From the NCBI GenBank assembly GCA_016283195.1, contig JAEEML010000166.1:1-33255 (forward strand): a stretch of DNA of 33,255 bases, read 5' to 3'. Below, piece after piece: positions 27,138-33,255 of this stretch. The notes under the pieces were generated by a model. The model was given only the letters and a program-made list of their open reading frames with translations. It did not search any database and was not told where the DNA came from. Each line of letters starts with the position of its first letter. Position 1 is the first letter of the stretch. The stretch comes from Deltaproteobacteria bacterium (GTDB taxonomy: Bacteria > JAEEML01). Position numbers and translations under genes: made by a program.

Positions 27138-27270
27138 GTGCGGGAAAAGTCTACTTTTCCCACACCACGTGCTTGTTAGTCAGTAGATACAGCAAACCCG
27201 CATCAATACTGAGTTTTATGCCTAGCAAATTCTGGCAAAAAGTAAAGTAGGAAAAGTAGACAATTCCTAC
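27138..27270. repeat. two res/hix-like palindromes in mutually inverted orientation
   Basis: GTGCGGGAAAAGT-CT-ACTTTTCCCACAC (27138-27165) and GTAGGAAAAGT-AG-ACAATTCCTAC (27247-27270); 2-bp cores; directly after the recombinase stop. Confidence 0.7.
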
Positions 27271-27354
27271 CACTTAACCATGATTGGGCGAAAAGATGGC
27301 TGAGAGGCAAGCCAAATTGCGTGAACCTGGTGCACAGCATGGAGAAAAACTCCC

Positions 27355-29301
27355 ATGTTAATAGGCATCCAGGATGAAATACTGCGCCTTGCCCAATTAG
27401 GCTTGCTTAACCTGCTACTCAAAGACCAAACAACCGGTCATAACATCCGCTGGGCAACTGATGCCTATGTCCAAATTGGGCATGCTTATGAACGAAATGC
27501 CGAAATTACAGCTGATGTAATTACTGGCGAGCATTCGGGGGTAATCCGCAATCGCGCCCGCAAAGAACTCGAATTACAATCAGGCCGCACCAAATCTCAT
27601 GCAGAGGTATTTACTCCCATTTGGGTATGTAATCGAATGATTGATGAGCTTTTGGCAGATATTAGTACCACTTGTTCTGAATGTGGCAAAGCAAATCCAT
27701 TTATCTATTCAAGATGCCTGGAAATTACCTGCGGTGAAGCTCCATTTTTAGTGCAACGCTATGATGTATTAACCGGCGAGATTATCCCTATTGAGCAGCG
27801 CAAGGGCATATTAGATCGCAAGTTGCAATGTGCCTATTCACTAAAAAAAGATAATATTATCAATGAAAATTGCGAAATTTTAAAGATTATTATCTGTGCT
27901 TTTCAATCAGTTTACGGCTACGAATTGCAAGGTGACAATCTGCTTATTGCACGGCTGAATCTCTATATGACATTTGAAGAGTATCTCCAATATATCTGCG
28001 AGCGAAAGCCAACCTACGAAGAAAGCCTAAAGATGATCGAAATTATCACCTGGAATCTTTGGCAGATGGATGGGCTTACTGGACATACGCCGTGTGGTGA
28101 AAGCGCAGTATCCTCACAGCTTTCGCTCTTTGATTTCATGGAAATAAGCGATAAGCCACAAGAAACACCCAAGCCATGCAAAGTACGTTTTTATATTAGA
28201 CCCCAAAAGTTTAAAACGCTCACTATTCAGCAAATCGCAGAGCAAGGAGGACAGAGTATGAAATTCAATTATATCATAGGAAACCCGCCGTATCAGGAAG
28301 AAACAGCTGACACATCTGATATGCCTATCTACAATAGTTTTATGGATGCTGCGTACAAGGTTGCTGACAAAGTAGAGTTGATTACTCCGGCGCGTTTTTT
28401 GTTTAATGCAGGAAAAACTCCAGAGAATTGGAACGAAAAGATGCTTAATGATGAGCATTTGAAGGTCCTGAAATATACCCAAAAGAGTTCAGATATTTTT
28501 GCCAATACGGACATTAAAGGTGGCATTGCGATAACTTATAGGGATGCAAATAAGTATTTTGGAGCTATTGGAGCATATTCTCAATTTTCTGAATTAAATA
28601 GCATCAGAAATAAAGTTATCAGTAAACCTGATTTTTCTTCGTTATCTGAATGGGTTTATGCACCTGAAAGTTATAAATTTTCAGAAGCACTTCATGCAGA
28701 GAATCCTGAGATTCGGTTTAAGGGGGAAAATGTGGGAATCCTAAGTAAAGGACATGATTATGATGTTGTCACCAATATTTTTTCCAAATTGCCGAACATT
28801 TTCATTGATGAAAAAACAACAGATAATGAAAATTGGCTTGGCTTTGTAGGTCTTATCGGAAATAAACGTTTTACAAAATATATCAAACGAAAATATATTC
28901 GTCCACATGAAAACCTTGATAAATACAAAGTTATTCTTCCAAAATCGAATGGTTCTGGTGCAATAGGAGAAGTTTTATCAACGCCCGTCATCGGGACGCC
29001 CGTCATCGGGCATACCCAATCTTTTATAAGCATTGGTGCATTAGAGACCGAAAGAGAAGCAGAAAACCTACTGAAATACATAAAAAGCAAATTTGCTCGA
29101 ACAATGCTTGGTATCTTGAAAATAACGCAAGATAATAAAAAGAAAACTTGGAAATATGTTCCTCTCCAAGACTTTACCTCTAAATCCGACATTGACTGGA
29201 CCAAATCCATTCCAGACATAGACCAGCAATTATATAAAAAATATGGGCTGGATAAAAGCGAAATCGACTTCATCGAAAGCCATGTAAAGGCAATGGCATA
29301 A
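27355..29301 (+). CDS. Eco57I-like N6-adenine DNA methyltransferase with specificity region; internal in-frame start at 28258
   Basis: AEVFTP (motif X), LEITCGEAPF (motif I variant), YGYELQGDN, WQMDGL, IIGNPPYQ (motif IV), ITPARFL; AAGGAGG-7nt-ATG at 28258. Confidence 0.88.
   Translation: MLIGIQDEILRLAQLGLLNLLLKDQTTGHNIRWATDAYVQIGHAYERNAEITADVITGEHSGVIRNRARKELELQSGRTKSHAEVFTPIWVCNRMIDELLADISTTCSECGKANPFIYSRCLEITCGEAPFLVQRYDVLTGEIIPIEQRKGILDRKLQCAYSLKKDNIINENCEILKIIICAFQSVYGYELQGDNLLIARLNLYMTFEEYLQYICERKPTYEESLKMIEIITWNLWQMDGLTGHTPCGESAVSSQLSLFDFMEISDKPQETPKPCKVRFYIRPQKFKTLTIQQIAEQGGQSMKFNYIIGNPPYQEETADTSDMPIYNSFMDAAYKVADKVELITPARFLFNAGKTPENWNEKMLNDEHLKVLKYTQKSSDIFANTDIKGGIAITYRDANKYFGAIGAYSQFSELNSIRNKVISKPDFSSLSEWVYAPESYKFSEALHAENPEIRFKGENVGILSKGHDYDVVTNIFSKLPNIFIDEKTTDNENWLGFVGLIGNKRFTKYIKRKYIRPHENLDKYKVILPKSNGSGAIGEVLSTPVIGTPVIGHTQSFISIGALETEREAENLLKYIKSKFARTMLGILKITQDNKKKTWKYVPLQDFTSKSDIDWTKSIPDIDQQLYKKYGLDKSEIDFIESHVKAMA
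28981..29010 (+). repeat. perfect 15-bp in-frame tandem repeat (TPVIG x2)
   Basis: ACGCCCGTCATCGGG twice. Confidence 0.95.
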
Positions 29302-29327
29302 GACTATCAAAAGATTGGAGAGCCACA

Positions 29328-32300
29328 ATGGGAACCACCATACAAATAGAAACCATTAAAGAAATCCGCCCTATGATCTATGCCTACAATACCCCCGGAG
29401 TGAGCTACCACGATGGGTGGACCAAAATCGGCTATACTGAGATGCAAACCGTCGAAAACCGCATCGACCAACAAACTAAAACCGCCGATATTCAATGGAC
29501 TCTTGCGTGGAAACACATCGCTTTATACAACGACGAGAGTTTTGAAGCTTTCACAGATAATGATTTCCATAATTATCTGGAAATTTTTAAACATATCGAA
29601 CGTAAAAATGACGAAAATGGCCGCAGAGAATGGTTCCACATTGACGGCGAAACATCAAAAGCCTATTTTGATGAGTTTTCTGCACGTGAATGGCAAAATG
29701 ATATAAAAACCGATTATACACTACGCGATGAGCAAAATCGCGCCGTTGAAATGACCAAAACCTATTTTGAAAATGGCGGCAGCGAATTTTTGTGGAACGC
29801 CAAACCCAGATTTGGCAAATGTTTGGCGGCCTATGATTTAATCCGCCGCATGAAAATGAAAAATGTTCTTATCGTAACAAACAGGCCAAGTGTGGCTAAT
29901 TCATGGCTGGATGATTTCGTTAAATTCATCCATTGGCGCAATGAATACCGTTTTGTGACAGAGAATGACTCACTCAAAAAAAGTGCCAACAATTGTTTTG
30001 TGATGTCGCGCCAACAGTTCGTTGATTATAAATTTGATAATAACCTACCAAATATTGGCATGATTGCCTTTGAGTCGTTGCAAAGTCTAAAAGGCTCTGT
30101 TTATCACGGCGGAAAATATGACAAGCTGGATTGGATTCATGAATTAAAGTTTGATCTACTCATAGTCGATGAATCGCATGAAGGTGTGGACACACGCAAA
30201 ACTGACTGGGCCTTTGAAAATATTACGAAAAAACATACGCTATATTTGTCTGGTACACCATTCAAAGCAATCGCTAATGAGGATTTTGGTGCAGATCAGG
30301 TTTTTAATTGGTCTTATGCCGATGAACAAGCAGCAAAAGAACAATATTACCTGGCCGGTGTCTCTAATCCCTATGAACGACTGCCACGGATGTCGATGTT
30401 TACTTATCAGCTTTCGGCAATGATTCGCGACGAGCTGGAAAAAGGCTGCATGATTACAGAAGATGAAACTGTCGATTATACGTTCGATTTAAATGAATTT
30501 TTCAAAACAAATAGTAAAGGTGAATTTATCCATTTATCGGAAATAAAAAAATTTCTAAATACTTTGACAGTAAATGAAAAATATCCTTTTTCGACGCCAG
30601 AACTGCGCAATGAACTATGCCATACGCTATGGATACTGGATCGCGTAAGTAGTGCCAAAGCGCTGGCTAATCTTTTAAAATCGCACCCTGTTTTTGAAAA
30701 TTATGAGATTATACTCGCTGCTGGTGACGGTATTATCGATGAAAATGAAAAGCGAGAACGCGCTTTTGACAAGGTAACAAATGCTATCAGAAAACACAAT
30801 AAAACCATCACCTTAAGTGTGGGGCAATTAACTGTTGGCGTAACTATTCCTGAGTGGAGTGGCGTATTAATGCTGTGCAATATGACAAGCCCTGCCGCCT
30901 ATATACAGGCGGCATTCAGAGCACAAAATCCTTATACATTTAAACGCTCGGGTACTACAAGGCCACAGTACTTCCGCAAAGAAAATGCTTATATCTTTGA
31001 CTTTGATCCCGCGCGGACACTCATTATTTTCGACGAATTTGCCAATAATCTTTCGCTTTCTACGAGTGAAGGGCGGGGGACAACAATTAACCGCGAGGAA
31101 AATATCCGCCGTCTCTTAAATTTCTTCCCGGTATTAGGCGAAGATAACGACGGCAAAATGATTGAACTAGATGCAGCAAAAGTGCTAACAATTCCAAGAC
31201 GGATTAAAAGTCTGGAAGTTGTCAGACGCGGCTTTATGTCAAACTTTTTGTTCCAGAATATTTCTAATATCTTTGGTGCACCTGGCATTGTAAAAGACAT
31301 TCTCAGCAAGCTATCTCCAGCCATTAGCAATGGCAGCTCAAGAGGATCCAAACACGAGGCACCAAAATCATTAGATCATATCGAAGAAATTCCGGTTAAT
31401 GAACAAGGCGAAGTTGATATTTCCAATGAAATCGTAATTGGAACAGCAAAGGAACTTCTGGGTGAAAAACGCTGGGAAATACTTGCTGATGATGCTCAAA
31501 AAGCTGTAAATGATATAAAAATCGAACTACCAACAGCAGAAGGTAGTATTTCTGAAAACACGGCAAAAACCATCGCTACTACTCAAAAGGCAGTAGAAGA
31601 GCTAAAAAAGAACATTGCGGCTAATATTAAGAAAAATGTTGTTACAACGATCGCAGAAAACTATGGCGCAAAATCTAGCCAAAAAATGAAAATGGATTCG
31701 CAAGTTGAAGCCGCAATTGATTCTAAATTTAATAAGCGAAGGTCGGAATATGAACAAAAACTGCGCATTGCTCAGATTGAACTCGAGCGGAGGAGCGAAG
31801 AAGCGGACTCAAGCGGAAATAGCGCAATTCTTGATGAGGGAATGTCTAATTATTTGGCAGATGTCTATAAAACCACAAGAGAATTGACCGAAGGATTACA
31901 AAAAGATGTTGCTGAGATTGCCCAATCTGTTCCCCAAGAACTCGTCGAGAAGCAAGAGCATCTAAAGGCCGAAGCAGCCAAGAAAACGATAGAAGACGAT
32001 GTGCGCGCGCTGCTGCGCGGATTTTCGCGTTCGATACCAAGCTTTCTCATGGCCTATGGTGATGACGATCTGCGATTAAGCAATTTTGATACATACACCG
32101 AGCCAGAAGTATTTAGCGAGGTCACAGGTATTACTCTTGAGAATTTTATCTTTTTGCGCGATGGCGGTGATCATACCGATGAAACAACCGGTAAAACAGA
32201 GCACTTTAAGGGGCAGTTATTTGATGAAATAGTCTTTAATGATTCCGTTAAAGAATTTATGAATAAGCGACGTACTTTAGCCAATTACTTTGATGAATCC

Positions 32301-32732
32301 CTGGATGAGGATATCTTTGATTATATTCCGCCCCAAAAAACAAACCAGATATTTACACCCAAATGGGTCGTAAAAAAAATGGTCGGTGAGTTAGAAGCGG
32401 AAAACCCAGGTTGTTTTGACAATCCCGAAAACACCTTTGCTGATTTATATATGAAATCAGGACTTTACATTACAGAAATAGTCAAACGCCTCTTTAACAG
32501 TGATGGGCTAAAAGCCACCTACCCTGATGAAAAGAAACGAATCAGTCATATTATCAAGCATCAGGTGTATGGTATGGCACCAACCCGGATTATTTATTTG
32601 ATTGCGACAAATTATATATTAGGATTTGATGAAACACTAAAAAAAGAATCTACACATTTTGTGCAGGCAGATGCTGCTGAAGCTGCCAAATCAGGTAAAT
32701 TGCAACAACTGGTTGATGCCTGCTTTGGGTAA
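29328..32732 (+). CDS. restriction-type protein: GIY-YIG-like nuclease + SF2 helicase/ATPase + coiled coil + partial MTase domain
   Basis: IYAY...TKIGYT...REWF; AKPRFGK, VDESH, LSGTP, QAAFRAQNP; helical region; C-terminal DYIPPQKTNQIFTP and FADLYMKSGLY with no NPPY. Confidence 0.85.
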   Translation: MGTTIQIETIKEIRPMIYAYNTPGVSYHDGWTKIGYTEMQTVENRIDQQTKTADIQWTLAWKHIALYNDESFEAFTDNDFHNYLEIFKHIERKNDENGRREWFHIDGETSKAYFDEFSAREWQNDIKTDYTLRDEQNRAVEMTKTYFENGGSEFLWNAKPRFGKCLAAYDLIRRMKMKNVLIVTNRPSVANSWLDDFVKFIHWRNEYRFVTENDSLKKSANNCFVMSRQQFVDYKFDNNLPNIGMIAFESLQSLKGSVYHGGKYDKLDWIHELKFDLLIVDESHEGVDTRKTDWAFENITKKHTLYLSGTPFKAIANEDFGADQVFNWSYADEQAAKEQYYLAGVSNPYERLPRMSMFTYQLSAMIRDELEKGCMITEDETVDYTFDLNEFFKTNSKGEFIHLSEIKKFLNTLTVNEKYPFSTPELRNELCHTLWILDRVSSAKALANLLKSHPVFENYEIILAAGDGIIDENEKRERAFDKVTNAIRKHNKTITLSVGQLTVGVTIPEWSGVLMLCNMTSPAAYIQAAFRAQNPYTFKRSGTTRPQYFRKENAYIFDFDPARTLIIFDEFANNLSLSTSEGRGTTINREENIRRLLNFFPVLGEDNDGKMIELDAAKVLTIPRRIKSLEVVRRGFMSNFLFQNISNIFGAPGIVKDILSKLSPAISNGSSRGSKHEAPKSLDHIEEIPVNEQGEVDISNEIVIGTAKELLGEKRWEILADDAQKAVNDIKIELPTAEGSISENTAKTIATTQKAVEELKKNIAANIKKNVVTTIAENYGAKSSQKMKMDSQVEAAIDSKFNKRRSEYEQKLRIAQIELERRSEEADSSGNSAILDEGMSNYLADVYKTTRELTEGLQKDVAEIAQSVPQELVEKQEHLKAEAAKKTIEDDVRALLRGFSRSIPSFLMAYGDDDLRLSNFDTYTEPEVFSEVTGITLENFIFLRDGGDHTDETTGKTEHFKGQLFDEIVFNDSVKEFMNKRRTLANYFDESLDEDIFDYIPPQKTNQIFTPKWVVKKMVGELEAENPGCFDNPENTFADLYMKSGLYITEIVKRLFNSDGLKATYPDEKKRISHIIKHQVYGMAPTRIIYLIATNYILGFDETLKKESTHFVQADAAEAAKSGKLQQLVDACFG

Positions 32733-33024
32733 TTATCACTCTATCCATACCCGCCGGCCATCTTTCCCATATTACTGCATATAAAGTGCTCGCACAACAC
32801 ATCTCCCAGCACACACATTGCGCTAATATACAAGCACAAGCATATTGCCGAAAAATCTAACCGTCCTGCCTTTATCTCAAAATATGCCCCGCACGGAAAA
32901 AACTTTCCCGCAGTCAAGAGCCCCAAAAAGAACTATTGCAATGAGTGAGCAAAATGATTATTCTGCGCCAGAGCTAAAAAATGGTTGCTTTGGGGGTAAC
33001 GCCCTAAACGATGGCAGGTAAAAA

Positions 33025-33255
33025 ATGAATAAGGAAATTACCGCTAAGAAGATAGAAGCCAGGATTCTCACCATCAGAAATCAGCAGGTAATGATTGACC
33101 GCGACCTAGCGGAGCTTTACGGAGTGGAGACCAAGCGACTTAATGAACAGGTAAAGCGCAATATTGAACGGTTTCCTGAAAACTTTATGTTTCAATTGAA
33201 TAATGAAGAATTTGCCCATTGGAAGTCGCAATTTGCGACCTCCAATGCCGATAAA
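33025..33255 (+). CDS. ORF6N (KilA-N-related) DNA-binding domain protein, runs off the window end
   Basis: Not in the ORF track; translates MNKEITAKKIEARILTIRNQQVMIDRDLAELYGVETKRLNEQVKRNIERFPENFMFQL. Confidence 0.9.
   Translation, partial: MNKEITAKKIEARILTIRNQQVMIDRDLAELYGVETKRLNEQVKRNIERFPENFMFQLNNEEFAHWKSQFATSNADK

Noticed and set aside
430-32926. Numerous short or antisense ORFs in the track (e.g. 5982-6506, 11054-11551, 13084-13575, 28758-29273, 32741-32926)
   Set aside because: They shadow well-supported genes or lack RBS and recognisable motifs.
32741-33000. Structured RNA or att site after the R gene
   Set aside because: No convincing hairpin, tRNA fragment or repeat matching the other island end was found by eye.

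Overview
Bacterial genomic mosaic in three parts. (1) 1-12.5 kb is an accessory redox/stress region whose genes resemble Firmicutes gut or rumen families: a four-gene operon (NAD(P)H-binding oxidoreductase, Rrf2 regulator, Zn-macrodomain, SirTM-type sirtuin) behind a perfect 12-3-12 operator, a CDF transporter, an Fe-S flavoprotein, an O-acetyltransferase, a lipoprotein flavodoxin, LysR and an aldo/keto reductase. It also holds a DUF1016/YhcG gene bracketed by 123-bp direct repeats and gene relics, a DUF362 Fe-S gene and a broken serine hydrolase. (2) 12.7-25 kb looks like diderm host backbone (Myxococcota/delta-proteobacterial flavour, inferred): a secreted ~25-repeat ankyrin protein, several lipoproteins, a sigma54 promoter, recN, a TonB-dependent receptor and a lipoprotein made only of a 5'-nucleotidase C-terminal domain. 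(3) 25-33 kb is a defence-island-like block: AAA-DUF4143 ATPase, serine recombinase with res-like palindromes, an Eco57I-like adenine methyltransferase, a GIY-YIG/SF2-helicase protein and a partial ORF6N gene. The most striking observation is the R-M architecture. The SAM-binding half of the MTase occurs twice (N-terminus of the M gene, C-terminus of the nuclease-helicase). The NPPY catalytic plus specificity half occurs once and has its own strong in-frame internal RBS/ATG, suggesting one shared specificity subunit made by internal initiation. No rRNA, tRNA, CRISPR array or transposase was seen. All family calls come from motif recognition by eye, not database searches.
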